The notes beneath the pieces were generated by a model that made no database searches, was not told the DNA's origin, and saw nothing but the letters and a program-made list of their open reading frames with translations. Both the position numbers and the translations under genes were made by a program. Below, piece by piece: positions 1 to 10,920 of a stretch of DNA of 20,000 nucleotides (the first letter of the stretch is position 1; the number at the start of each line of letters is the position of its first letter). The stretch spans positions 1,078,548-1,098,547 of the forward strand of contig ML992508.1 in the NCBI GenBank assembly GCA_010093995.1, written 5' to 3'. The stretch comes from Elsinoe ampelina (lineage: Eukaryota).

Positions 1-10
1 ATGTTATCAG

Positions 11-122
11 GTTCCTTGCACTGGTTTGCATCATGGGGGACGATAACCCGATGGAGAGAAAAGCGATTATCGACTACAATGTCAATATTTTCAGGGATGC
101 GCTGGCAAAGGTCTGGTCGTAA
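11..122 (+). CDS. GTR2: Last exon of Rag GTPase Gtr2/RagC-D homolog (gene begins upstream of the window)
   Basis: After ...ttatcag (acceptor at 9-10) the frame from 12 reads FLALVCIMGDDNPMERKAIIDYNVNIFRDALAKVWS-stop (TAA 120-122). This resembles the RagC/Gtr2 C-terminus as I recall it (FLALVCI...ERKGLIDYN..CFR.A). Not in the ORF track. Confidence 0.8.
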
Positions 123-405
123 TAGATAAGAACGCGAACATGTACAGTAGCTCTAGATACCATGATACCAAATTTTTTTCTTCTCCATACTGAGGCCCAT
201 TCAAATCATCCCTATCCATCAGAGCTCGCGCGTAAAAGCTTCAGCGGGACCCGCGGTAAAGGGTGTTTTAAACGTCGATCCCGGAAGCTAGCATTCCGAC
301 CAATGTCGATCAATTGAATACGCAGCATGTTCCTATAAACTGTCCTTACTGTAAAATCATCCTCGAGACAATCCTACTTAGCTCTGCATCTCCCATTCCC
401 CAGAT

Positions 406-1199
406 ATGGCAGAAGTCCGCCGCCGCAACCCCCCAAGCAAATCATTAGACGACCGCATCCGAGAAGAAGACGACAACAAACCCATCAGCTCCTCCATCTC
501 CTTCCTCGACATCCTCCGTATCCTAGGCGGCATCGCTCTCCTCAACTCCGCCCTCTCCTACTACATCACAAAGGACCCGGTCTTCTGGGGCTCACGACCA
601 TGGTGGACCCAACCCACCCAAGTCCAACGATGGATTGTACCTTCCCTCCTCCCCCCATGTCCCCCCCTCCCCCTACGCACCCCCGCTAACCTCCCCAGAA
701 CGGCCCCCTCCGCCTCACCGACGCCCAACTCGCCGCCTACGACGGCACAGACCCCACCAAACCCATCTACCTCGCCCTCAACGGCACCATCTACGACGTG
801 ACCGTCGGACGCTCCTACTACGGCCCGGGCGGCATGTACGGCTTCTTCTCCGGCAAAGACGCCAGCCGAGCCTTCATCACGGGGTGTTTCGACACGGACC
901 TCACGCCCGACACGCGCGGCATCGAGGAGATGTACATCCCGCTTGACGACGAGGAGGCGGATCAGAAGCTGAGTAAAGGGGAGTTGAAGACGAGGAGGGA
1001 GAGGGAGACGAGGGTCGCGAGGGAGAAGGTCAGGCAGGGGCTGGAGGGGTGGGCGAAGGTTTTTAGGGGGGATACGGGGAAGAAGTATTTCAAGGTTGGG
1101 GAGGTGAGGAGGGAGGAAGGGTGGTTGGAGAAGCTGCCGAAGAGGGAACTGTGTGAGAAGGCAAAGGGCCAGAGGAAGAAGAGGAAGGTGCAGGGCTAG
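406..1199 (+). CDS. Cytochrome b5-like heme/steroid-binding domain protein (MAPR family) with N-terminal membrane anchor, ~243 aa
   Basis: Exons 406-636 and 699-1199. Intron 637-698 is gtacct...gctaac...ccag. The spliced product has a hydrophobic segment (FLDILRILGGIALLNSALSYYI), then LTDAQLAAYDGTDPTKPIYLALNGTIYDVTVGRSYYGPGGMYGFFSGKDASRAFITGCF, the MAPR/cyt-b5-like signature. Confidence 0.92.
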
Positions 1200-1520
1200 G
1201 GAGCAGGTGAATGGGGATGGGATATGGTTGGTAAATGAACATGATTTGGATTGTTTGATGGGTGTAAGTGATGGGTCACATTCACTGATGCTGGTGCTGC
1301 TCGAGGCGTGAGATCCGCTCTGTACACCGAGGACATGGAATGTGCCGCAAGCGATCTGACAAAGACTGATATTTGCGATGCACGGAATTCGGTCTCTCCA
1401 CGTGGCTTCAATGATCCTCGTTCGCGCTGTGCTACGAGATGTATCCGTAAATCATCAAACGCCAATGAGGCCGTTCCTCAGATGTCCCCATGCTCATCCA
1501 CCCGGATCATATCGATGACT

Positions 1521-2033
1521 CTAGTCCGAACCACCAACAGCCCTTGCTGTAAACTCGTTAGCACCGTGTCCAGTCTCGCCGCGAAATTTCGTGATCCATA
1601 CTGTAGATGCTGCCCCGAGCGTGTCCGACAACCTTCTTGATCTGTCCTCTCTCCTCCAAGTCGGCAATTGCCCTTCTGGCGAGCGAGCCATTGATCTTTA
1701 GACGATCGACGAGGACGGCGACGGTGATGAGACGGTATGACTGGACATCCTTCTGGAGCTTGTCGTTGGTGGCCTTGTCGAGAACGACGGCGTGCTGGGC
1801 CTTGTCCTTGACTGTCGGAAAATGTTAGTACCATCATCTTCGCATTGTAGCGCAACACCAGCAGGTCTATTCTCGAACGCAAAGTCGTTGCTGGTGGTGT
1901 GCTGAAGAGTGTGCCACATACCCTTGCCCTTGGACCACTTCTTCTTTTGCTTCTTGCCTCCGGTCGCAGCGGGAGCCTAACATTGTCAGAAAGCGTCCAG
2001 TGTGATCTCGATATCCGGTTGAACTCGTACCAT
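1521..2033 (-). CDS. RPS25: 40S ribosomal protein S25 (eS25), 97 aa, 4 exons
   Basis: Exons 2033-2031 (ATG only), 1976-1922, 1811-1602, 1546-1521. All introns are GT..AG with CTAAC/CTGAC branch sites. Product: MAPAATGGKKQKKKWSKGKVKDKAQHAVVLDKATNDKLQKDVQSYRLITVAVLVDRLKINGSLARRAIADLEERGQIKKVVGHARGSIYTRAVGGSD. Confidence 0.97.
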
Positions 2034-3172
2034 GTTGTCTGATTGATGTGTGGTTGTCGTGTGGATGTCAGGATGTCGCCGCAGTAATTTGCATGAGGTG
2101 TGTGCGTGCGGGCAGCCAAGACTTTCTGACTAAGCAAAGTCGTTTTGAACAGAGATGCGTGGATTCTACGCGCAATGGTCATTGGACATGGTGTACAAAC
2201 CACCTTCTTCGCATGAATGGGAACGTTATAATCAATGCGATGCAGCAGGAGCTTTCTCTTCAAGACTATCAAGGCATGTTGTCCCGCCGCGTCTTGCGTA
2301 CTGATCACGATCGAGAGTAGGGACGATCTCAGAGCGTGGGATTGCTTCCTCCACGTGTTGCAGCTTTCGGGCGTAACTCGTTCACATGCTCGTCAATAGC
2401 TCATAATCGGTCCTACACCAGTTGCATTTTAGGCCTTCTATTCTGGCCGACTGAATTTTCACAAGTGGGAAGGATTTCACAGCTTTTGCGTTTCATGTAC
2501 AACAGCTAGAAGCCCTGATATAGACTCTCGGACCGCCGTTGATGTGATGCGGATCGATGAACGTCCCTTGCATGTGTGTACCTCAATGATCGACAACCTA
2601 TCTGCATATCAGTCAACAACACTCGTCGACCTCGACGACTACCTCATCTCACCATGAAGAATATGAATACCATTGGTCAAGAAGTGACTATTGGCGTGAT
2701 CTCCGATGGATCCAAAGGCACAGCACAGACGGAAGCCACTCGCAGCCGCTTCCGAGCTTCTCATGATCGCCCGCCTGTCAGCCCCCGGTACAGCCAGTCG
2801 CAGTCGCAGCTGGCCAACGCGATTCCTCGAGGCATCGCAGAGCTCCGGTCTCTCAAAATGTAGTACAAGTCGCAGCTGCCTTCGTATTCCGTCAACCTGA
2901 AAGACTTGATCTTTTCTCTCGACCAATATTCGTGCTGGTACAGCATAACTATCGGCCCTCGCTCTACGTCCTTCCCCACTACCAACATCTTGCAATCTCG
3001 GCAGCCTTACCCCCCGGTGTCAGACCGACTTCTCTCGTTTGCGACTCGAATCCTACCGCGAAGAAAGGGCGCCTTGACAGCCATAATATCTAGTGTGACT
3101 ACACACGCGGAGGGAGTCTTCTCACCACAAGAGTCAGCATACGCTGAGTGTCGCGCATATGGTTGAGGCAGT

Positions 3173-4635
3173 ATGAAGGACAGAATGCCGCAGATGCTGC
3201 GAAGAGCGCAAAGATACACAAGTCTGGACGGTATAGCAGCGGAGAAAGATACGGTTGCTGTAAGGCCCTGTAAAGAACTTGCGACTCGAGCTTCCTTGGC
3301 TGACTTGCACAGTGGTATTGGAGAGTGATTGCTGGAATCGCATCATGGCTGTTGGTGGGAGGGTAAGTGCTTCCAAAAAAGCAAGACTGTGCATGAGCTC
3401 TGACCTTTGCTAGCTTCCTCATGCTTCCCGCGACCTTTGACACGTCGGACGACTTCAAGTTTAGCAAGACCGTCTTAACGATCTTAAGCATCACCTTCGC
3501 CGCTGCTGGGGTATGCCTGACCGCTGTACTCTTGTTAGTAGTGCGCAATTGGCAATTCCAAGCCGATGCTATACTGTTCCCGGCGTTCTCTTCGTGTCTG
3601 GTCGGTCTATTGACGGCACTGTACTCATTCTTAGTCCATCGTCGGTACACATGGAATCTTGCTGGGATCCTTACCACCGCCTTCTCGGCAGGTTTGACAA
3701 TCACGTACGGCGTCCTGCTCTTCATCACACAGAGACGAGTCGCTGCGTGTAGAGGTCTCGCCAAACCGCAGCACATCCCTCTGCGATCGCATACCTCATA
3801 CGAAGACGCTCGAACCATTTACGAGCCTTCTATTCAGTCGACAGTCCCGCCAATGCCGCAAAGTCCGCCTGCTCCAACGGAACCACTTCCTGACAATCGG
3901 ACGCGAGAGCAGTCCTTCTACAATAATTATTTGTCGAATATGTATCCAATGTTGCGAACGGATTCACGAGCAGCTCCACGCACTCCTGCCCCACCAACGG
4001 CAGGACCTCAGACTCCAAATACTCCATGGGATGCTCAGTCTGTTGTCTCCGAGCGTCCCCCAGCTCCACCCATCAATCGTCCGCCTGTCGAAGCATCCAT
4101 GCTCACGCAGGAGGAATTGACACGGCAGCAAATGCTCATGCTGCTGTTGAACCGACCGGAGCCGGAACGACCCGTTGATCCTGCAGGACATCCTCTCCAG
4201 CCTGAGACCAGCTATCGTATAGACTGGAATGGAGGGGAGACACAAACCCCAATCGTTGGTCCAGGAGAGACTCTCAACACACCCCACCGCCAGATTCCAT
4301 CCACACCCATCATTTCGCCACCGTCGGCAACGTCACGATCAGGAGGCATTGATCAGATCACTCCGAGCCGGCCCCAGCACACGCACACGAGAAGCACGTC
4401 CAGCCAGAAAGCCCTCGAAGCTCTCACCGGCGGTCGTGTCCACATACCACATGGAGTACCACCGCCGTCGTACGAGCAACACTGGGATGGCGTCATGCGG
4501 ACTGCGGCAGATATTCCACAAGATCGCCTGCATCCGGCATTTCGAGAGAGTCGCTTCATGCGAACAGGTGGAGCAAGGGAGGAGCGTAGAAGGGAGATTG
4601 AACGAGGAAGCACTCCCACGCATGAGCAGGAGTAA
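3173..4635 (+). CDS. Uncharacterised fungal membrane protein (~452 aa): about four N-terminal TM helices and a long Pro/Ser/Thr-rich disordered tail
   Basis: The 404-aa ORF 3421-4635 extends upstream by two phase-compatible exons, 3173-3259 and 3313-3362. Introns are 3260-3312 (gtaagg..gctgac..cag) and 3363-3413 (gtaagt..ctgac..tag). This gives ...DTVAWYWRVIAGIASWLLVGGFLMLPATF followed by three more hydrophobic segments. Confidence 0.8.
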
Positions 4636-5245
4636 CGGGCGACAAAGTTTTGTTTTTGGACTTTGACACGACTGCATCAGTGGCGCTTAATATCCACCAT
4701 TTGCGAACAGATCTCTTGGGGAACGACATCATGACGGACGGTGTTTGGGCTTCTTTCGACCGAATCGCAGGTTGTCTGGTGTAGATAGCATGTGATTGCA
4801 ATTATATTTACTCTACACTTCATACCTGGACCAATAATCGTCCTGCAAAAGGAACACTAACGGGTCCAGGCTGCGAAAGGCACATAGAACCCCTACGCAC
4901 TGATCCCACATTGGGAAGAGATTTCACACATTTCACATGCCTCACATTCTTTCCACATCACACGCCAGGAGGACCTCTTCTAACACGTGGGCAATCTCAG
5001 ATCTGAAGACTTTTGCTTTCGGATTCCACCTCACATCTTTCCCGCAGTACTCGTTTCACCCGGTTTCCACATTGCTAACATCGACAGCTCCCCACATGGC
5101 TTGCCTGGGGAGGGTCTTTACACTGCAGTACATGGGCGTACAATACAATGAAAGAGATGCAATCACGGACCCACGTCAACAGAAGACGAGATTACAAACC
5201 CCTCTCCCGCGCGGCAAGAGGCATATTTATCTATGATACATCTAG

Positions 5246-5347
5246 CCACCCCTCTCACTCCTTTCTCCTTTCTCCTTTCCCTACCCTTCCCCTCTACCCC
5301 CTCGCCCCACCATCCTCTCCTCTCCCTTTCGCTTCCCTCACTCCCCT
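5246..5347. repeat. Low-complexity polypyrimidine/polypurine tract just 3' of the MAS1 stop codon
   Basis: About 100 nt almost entirely C/T on the + strand (ctcctttctcctttctcctttccctacccttcccctctaccccc...), i.e. G/A-rich in the MAS1 mRNA sense. Confidence 0.7.
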
Positions 5348-5350
5348 GAC

Positions 5351-6896
5351 CTAAGAAATCATCCTCGTCATATCCCCCCGGATCCTCGCATAATCCAACA
5401 ACCCCTCAATCTGCCCCACCGCCGAGATGGCAATGTCACGATCCCACAACTTCCTCTGGGCAAAATCCTGCACGTCCTTCGCCGAGATGGCACCGACCAC
5501 ACGCTCCACCTCCTCTGGGCTGAGGCGGCGGCCTGTCGTGATGGTTTGGCGGCCAATGTCCTCTGCCACGGCAGTGGTGCCGTCGAGGGAGAGCAGTAGC
5601 GAGGCCTTGAGTTGGGACTTGGCGCGCTCGACTTCGGAGTCGTTGACGGCGAAGGAGAGGCGGGACCACTCGCGGAGGGTGAAGTGGACGAGGTCGTCGA
5701 TGCGGGTGATGGCGTCGGTGACGAGGTAGATGCCCCAGAGACTGAGAGAGGGTTAGCAAAGTCACAAAGGGGGGAAGGAAAGAGGGGTCTTACCCGGTGT
5801 CGCTGTAGCTGGTGGAGAAGCTCATGAAGCTGTTGGCGAGCTTGTTCTCGTGGACGAAAGTGCTGAGCTTGCTGCCGAGATAAGGGGAGTTGCCCATGGC
5901 GCGGTCCCAGTTGCCGACGATGGCCTGGGCAACCAGAGCGGTGAAGTAGTCGTCGTCCTTCCATGAGACACCCTCAACTGCAATGGCGATGTTGGCGGTT
6001 GGGATGGTGTCGTCTCGGATACGGACTTCGGAGCCGACAAAGTCGGGCTTTGCCTTCTGAGCGGCGGCGATGGCTGCCTCGGTCGACGTTGGTGGTTGGT
6101 TGGGGACCTTGCCGAAGTACTTCTCTGCGAGCTGTACGAGCTGTTCGTGAGGAATGCCACCAGCACCGACCAGTACCATGCGGTCAGCAGTGTAGTTGGT
6201 CTTGATGTAGCTGGTCAAATCATCACGGGAGATGGACTGGATGTTCTCCTTGGGTCCAAGGATGGTGCGGCCGAGGGGCTGGTCCATGAAGGCAGTTGCG
6301 TGAAGGTGGTCAAAGACAACCTCCTCGAGCTGCTTGTCGACCTCCTCCTGCTCGCGGAGGATGACATCACGCTCGCGCTCGATGGCAGAGCCCTCGAGCT
6401 TGGAGTTTTGTAGAATATCGGCCAGGATGTCGACAGTGTTGGGAACATCAGAGTTGAAGGACTTGGCATAGTAGACGGTGTTCTCGCGGGAGGTGTAGGC
6501 GTTCAGGTGTCCGCCCATGTTCTCAATCTCAAGCTCCAATTGTGACTGCGACCTCTTTTGCGTTCCCTTGAAGGCCAAGTGCTCCAGAAAGTGCGCGGTG
6601 CCGTTTGTTCGGTCTGTTTCCGCACGGCTTCCAGCATCAATCCAAACACCTACAGTCGAGGTTTGCGCATAAGGTGAGTATTCGGAGGCAATCTACATCT
6701 CCATCAGCCATTGATACCACTATCCAGCATTTCGATGTCCTACCGTAAAGCCATTGCTCAACGTTGTGCTCTCCGTCTTCACTCCATGACTGACCGGAGT
6801 CGCAAGGCCCCTGGTCACCGGCGATCTGATGGCATTGAGAGCGAGTCGGTTGCGAGTAGAATTCCTCAGATTGAGGGCTAGCCGCCGGGAGGCCAT
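5351..6896 (-). CDS. MAS1: Mitochondrial processing peptidase beta subunit (M16 family), 480 aa, 3 exons
   Basis: Exons 6896-6744, 6692-5794, 5741-5351. Arg-rich, acid-free presequence MASRRLALNLRNSTRNRLALNAIRSP. TVGVWIDAGSRAETDRTNGTAHFLEHLAFKGT carries the inverted Zn motif HFLEH, followed by EIENMGGHLNAYTSRENTVYYAK. Confidence 0.96.
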
Positions 6897-7157
6897 GGCG
6901 ACAAGTTCTGAGGATAATGGTGGTTGAATAGCTGCTTGGAACAGAAATTGTGAGCGACGCCGGCGAGATTGACGATTTGCAGCAACAAGAAAGCTCGCTC
7001 TTTGGTCTTGGCAAATCGTTGTCCTTCTCGCGGCTCTTTCCGATCCGATCACGTCCAATCCCGAGGCTCGCATTACCCTCTTTGGAGACATCAGTTGCTC
7101 TGGCATGTCAACTGCACCTCTACCTCTCCACGACCTGCCGCTCCATCATCCTCGACA
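6897..7157. promoter_or_regulatory. Compact divergent (bidirectional) promoter region between MAS1 and SDH4
   Basis: Only 261 nt separate the two head-to-head ATGs (6896 on -, 7158 on +), so both promoters and 5' UTRs must lie here. Confidence 0.7.
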
Positions 7158-7871
7158 ATGGCATCAGCAATGCGCTCCTCCGCCTTTCGCCAGGCCTTCC
7201 TGGCTCAGCCCAGCAAATTCACAGCTCCTCTGCGCACCTCGTCGCGGTTATCCCAGCTCGCAACACCCGCATTCGCACGAGTAGCTGCTTTCCACGCCTC
7301 CCCTCGCCGCTCCATCCTGCCTCCTCTCCCACGTAAGCGGCCCCCATCAGTTGCTCCGCGGCCCTCGCCTGCTCGTTCTCGATCGCCACCACTAGCAATG
7401 CGTGCCTAACCTTGCCTCCCAGAGAAAATCATCGGCACAGTCAACGACCCGGCCCCTGTGCCCCCTGTGTCCCCCCAACATGGCAGCTACCACTGGACGA
7501 TGGAGCGCCTCATCTCGGCCGCGATTGTGCCCTTGACTGTGGCCCCCTTCGCGGCGGGGTCGCTCAACCCGGTGCTCGACTCGGTCTTTATTGCGACTAT
7601 CCTTGTGCACTCGCATATTGGTTTCCAGTACGTACATGAGGAGCCAGGATATATGATATTATATACAGGATGCTGGTGGGAGAGATGCAGTGCTAACGAC
7701 AATAGGTCCATCATCATCGACTACGTCCCGACGAAGCGGATGCCAAATGTAAGGAAGCTGTTCTGGTGGGCATTGAACCTAGCGACTGTAGTAGTGGGAA
7801 TTGGCTTCTACGAGTTTGAAACAAACGACGTAGGGTTGACAGAGGGCATCAAGAGGGTATGGAAGGCTTAG
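7158..7871 (+). CDS. SDH4: Succinate dehydrogenase small membrane-anchor subunit (SdhD/CybS), 181 aa, 3 exons
   Basis: Exons 7158-7332, 7423-7627, 7706-7871. Mitochondrial presequence, then ILPPLPQKIIGTVNDPAPVPPVSPQHGSYHWTMER...LVHSHIGFQSIIIDYVP...GFYEFETNDVGLTEGIKRVWKA, the CybS signatures including the heme His and quinone-site DY. Confidence 0.95.
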
Positions 7872-8092
7872 AGGGAGTGCTGTGGGTGTGTTATCTGTAT
7901 CATGGAGCGAGACACCAGCAGAAAGAGACAGAAATGTTTGTAGTACAAATTTTAGAAACATGAATTCGTCTGTCGTGGGTATTCCTTTCCCTTTCCCTTT
8001 CCCATTTGTCCAAAGGTACGTGACGCCTTGCTGAAAGTATTTTCATCTCGCCGTACCCATTTGCACTTGCGCCGTGCACCAGGTCTGGAGTC

Positions 8093-9962
8093 CTAAAACC
8101 AATAATCCTTCCCTGCCTCTGTGATATCAAATCGGCATCCCAACCTTATGCCTTTCTGCGCTAGAGCAGCTGTGTGGTCGTTCAATTGCTGCAGAATGAC
8201 CTCGCTAATGTGGGGGCCATCCTTCATCGTGTCTTTGACGTGCATAACTAGTACCCTCAGACCTTTGAGGGGAGGGTCCTGGTTGACCGGAGTGCTCACT
8301 GTGTTCGGCTGAGCACTGTTTATTTGACTTACCCCTTCGCTGAAACTCGTCTGGATCGGGATGGGTTTGTAACGGACGTAATCAGACCCCTGTCCTTCTG
8401 TTGCCGGCACGCTGGTGACCTGCGGCGTGGACCTCGGACTTGGAGTGTCTTGCAAGACGTCGTCAGGGACGCTACTCCGCCGGCCATATTGCAGTCCAAT
8501 GTTCCTCCCCACTAGACTGCGACTGCGCTTCTTGTCGAGGTAGTGCTCGGCATCTTGTGCGCCAGACAGACCATTCATTCTCTTCCGCTTGCGCATGGCT
8601 TTCTCGTTGGCACGTATAGCGCGCTCTTCTTTGACCATTTCGGCAAGGACCTGTAGCTCGGCGATCAAGTGACGGGGGGCTAAGTGTCCAAAGAGCACAG
8701 CATCGGCCTGAGTGTCAGCATAAGAGCACTCGACGAATATGCCCGTGAGGACGCCGGCGGCAATCTTTGGGGCCGCCTCGGCCCAGACACGGGCTGTTCG
8801 AGGAGCTACGGATATGCTGTCCGGCTCGACATCGCCGAACATGAGGATCTCGCGGTGAGAGGAGAGGTCGCGAATGAAGTAGGCGGTAGAGTCTACAGCG
8901 TGCATGTTAGGGTCTTGCTGGTATGGGTGCGACGTGATGGGTTGTGGCGGAGATGCATAAGATCCTGGCGTGCCGGGCATGTGGAGGTGCGAGAGTGACA
9001 TGTGTCGTTCTGTTGCTGTGTTGGAGGTGTAGTGTTTTGGCGTGCTCGCGTAGCCATTCGGGACATCCGACAGATTGGAGATTGAGCCTCGATGCGATTC
9101 GGTTGTGCCTGGTCGCATGCATTTGCCATGGGAGATCTTGAAGGCTTTGGTGGAAAGCCCTTCACAGACTTCGATATATCCTCGTCCTTCCCCTTCGCCT
9201 ACCATCACATCGCCCCCTTCCTTGAGACGCTGGAACGTCACGAACCCTACTCCACCATCTTCGTCGGTCAAATTGGGCCAAATGACATCGTTGAAAATGT
9301 GCCGTTTGATTGCATCTACTGTGAATGGAAGTGCTGCGAGGGTCTTTGGCCGTGAGGTGGCGTGGAAAGCCGCAGTATTGATTGCGAAGCCGGACAGATG
9401 ATCAAGATGTGGATGGCTAATCAGATACGCAGCGACATGACTCCTAACAATGTGCGCTGCATTGGCTCTTGCGGAAGCATGAGGCAGCGGAACTCCGGCA
9501 AAGGGTCCATTCTCGAGCACGATTGGCTCTAGCTTGGGTGGTGGAGGCGGTCTGGAGAGCGGCGATGATGGAGGTGAAGAATTTGGCCCCACCGGGTTCT
9601 GCGGCGACAATGGCTGATTATGGAAGAGGTTACCATCCGAGTCGGCCCGTATTTGGTCTCGCGATATAGCAGGGAGATGTTGTTCCAGGATTCTTGTGAT
9701 GGCGGCAAGATGGGTACCTGCATCCACTGCAAGTATTGAACCTCGTACCCAGCCAGATGCCGTCGACCGTACTAAGAAACCGCTGACATTGTCTTCGCTT
9801 GGACCACCTCCGGAGCCCTGTAGGTGTCAGCTCCTGGTACGCATAGCTTTGGCGAAGGAGCCTGCGAAGTGTACTTACCAGACAAATCACCTGTATCGCT
9901 GCATGGTGGCTGTGTTCCGATGCACCGTAGCTGACGGGAGTTGGCAGGTCCTGAGAGGTCAT
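8093..9962 (-). CDS. PDE1: Low-affinity class II 3',5'-cyclic nucleotide phosphodiesterase, ~602 aa, 2 exons
   Basis: Exons 9962-9879 and 9817-8093. Intron 9878-9818 is gtaagt..gctgac..cag. Motifs: IQVICLGSGGGPSEDNVSGFLV, LAVDAG, YLISHPHLDHLSG (HxHxDH), HIFNDVIWPNL, FGDVEPDS, IFVECSY...LFGHLAP. Confidence 0.94.
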
Positions 9963-10492
9963 GGAGCCTCCGGGCAGGTCCAATGCCTTGAAATGCGATC
10001 GTGTCTCTCGATCCTTGTCCCGTCTCTTTGCGCCTAGCGGTATGTCCTCGTTTGTTTCCTCGACCAATGTTTCCTTGACGTCGGTCCGAGCGTTGCTGGG
10101 TCAAATGCGTCTGATTCAGGTGTCGTTTGCGGATTTGCAGGTAATCCGCGCTGGAGGATTGAACGTCCAGGTTGCGCTACAAGCTGTCTGTTCCTGCTAT
10201 GAAAGGCGGTACAGGACAAAGTCGTGAATCATCAATGATGGATGAAAGAAAGAAAGAGAAGGACAGTTGAAAGGCAAACATGCATAAAATTAAGCTACCG
10301 CTGCAACAGTAGGTGGTTGTTGTACACGGACGCAGTAAAATAAAGTAGCTTCCTCTTGCCTGCAGCTATGTCTCAGGCCTAGATCCCAGGATCGGTAACG
10401 GGTGGGATGCTGTTGTAGCTGGCAAATCGGATCGAGAGACGTGTGTTTTATTCAGAGAATTACAATAACCGATTTATCTACTGTACGTGCGC

Positions 10493-10499
10493 TGACTCA
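10493..10499. promoter_or_regulatory. TGACTCA (Gcn4/CpcA/AP-1-type bZIP consensus) upstream of PDE1 at the edge of the RIP block
   Basis: Exact TGACTCA in gcTGACTCAt, about 530 nt upstream of the PDE1 ATG. A single heptamer can occur by chance. Confidence 0.25.
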
Positions 10500-10920
10500 T
10501 CAGTACCAGTTCTTTAGTACTAGAGAAGCTGTACTAGCCTTCTATTATAACACTCCCCCTCTAGTATAGATTGTTAAAGCTAGAGAACTATCCTATTATA
10601 TATAAGTAAAGTAATTAGGTTATTACTTTATCTCTTTATAATTACTTATAATTGTTAGTGCTAGCTAATCACTAGTAAGAATTTACTATTAGATTAGCTT
10701 ATAACAGCTAGTAGCAATAGTAACTATTAATAATAGCTAGGTAGCTATTATCTCTATTGTTCTATGTAAATAGATTAGCTTATAAATCTTAATAAGGGAG
10801 ATATAAGTATCTAGCTAACTTCTTTATAGTTTCTCTTTCCTTTATTATACTTATAATAATAGCTTACTATTTTATATTCTACTTTTATACCTTCTATAGT
10901 ATAAACTAACTCTTTACACT

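Noticed and set aside
2031..2033. ATG-only first coding exon of RPS25
   Set aside because: Real, but common in fungal ribosomal protein genes and not novel.
1478..2308. 276-aa minus-strand ORF in the ORF track
   Set aside because: It overlaps RPS25 out of frame and runs through its introns. The spliced RPS25 model explains the region.
2576..3166. Several short ORFs between RPS25 and the membrane-protein gene (e.g. 2654-2863)
   Set aside because: No recognisable domain or convincing splice structure. Likely intergenic or 5' leader sequence, though uORFs cannot be excluded.
3099..4801. Antisense and alternate-frame ORFs over the membrane-protein gene (similar shadows occur over MAS1, SDH4 and PDE1)
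   Set aside because: Shadow ORFs expected in GC-rich coding DNA, with no independent support.
9963..10067. In-frame upstream extension of PDE1 from a TTG
   Set aside because: No ATG upstream in that open stretch. The ATG at 9962 already gives a normal N-terminus before the conserved LGSGGGP motif.
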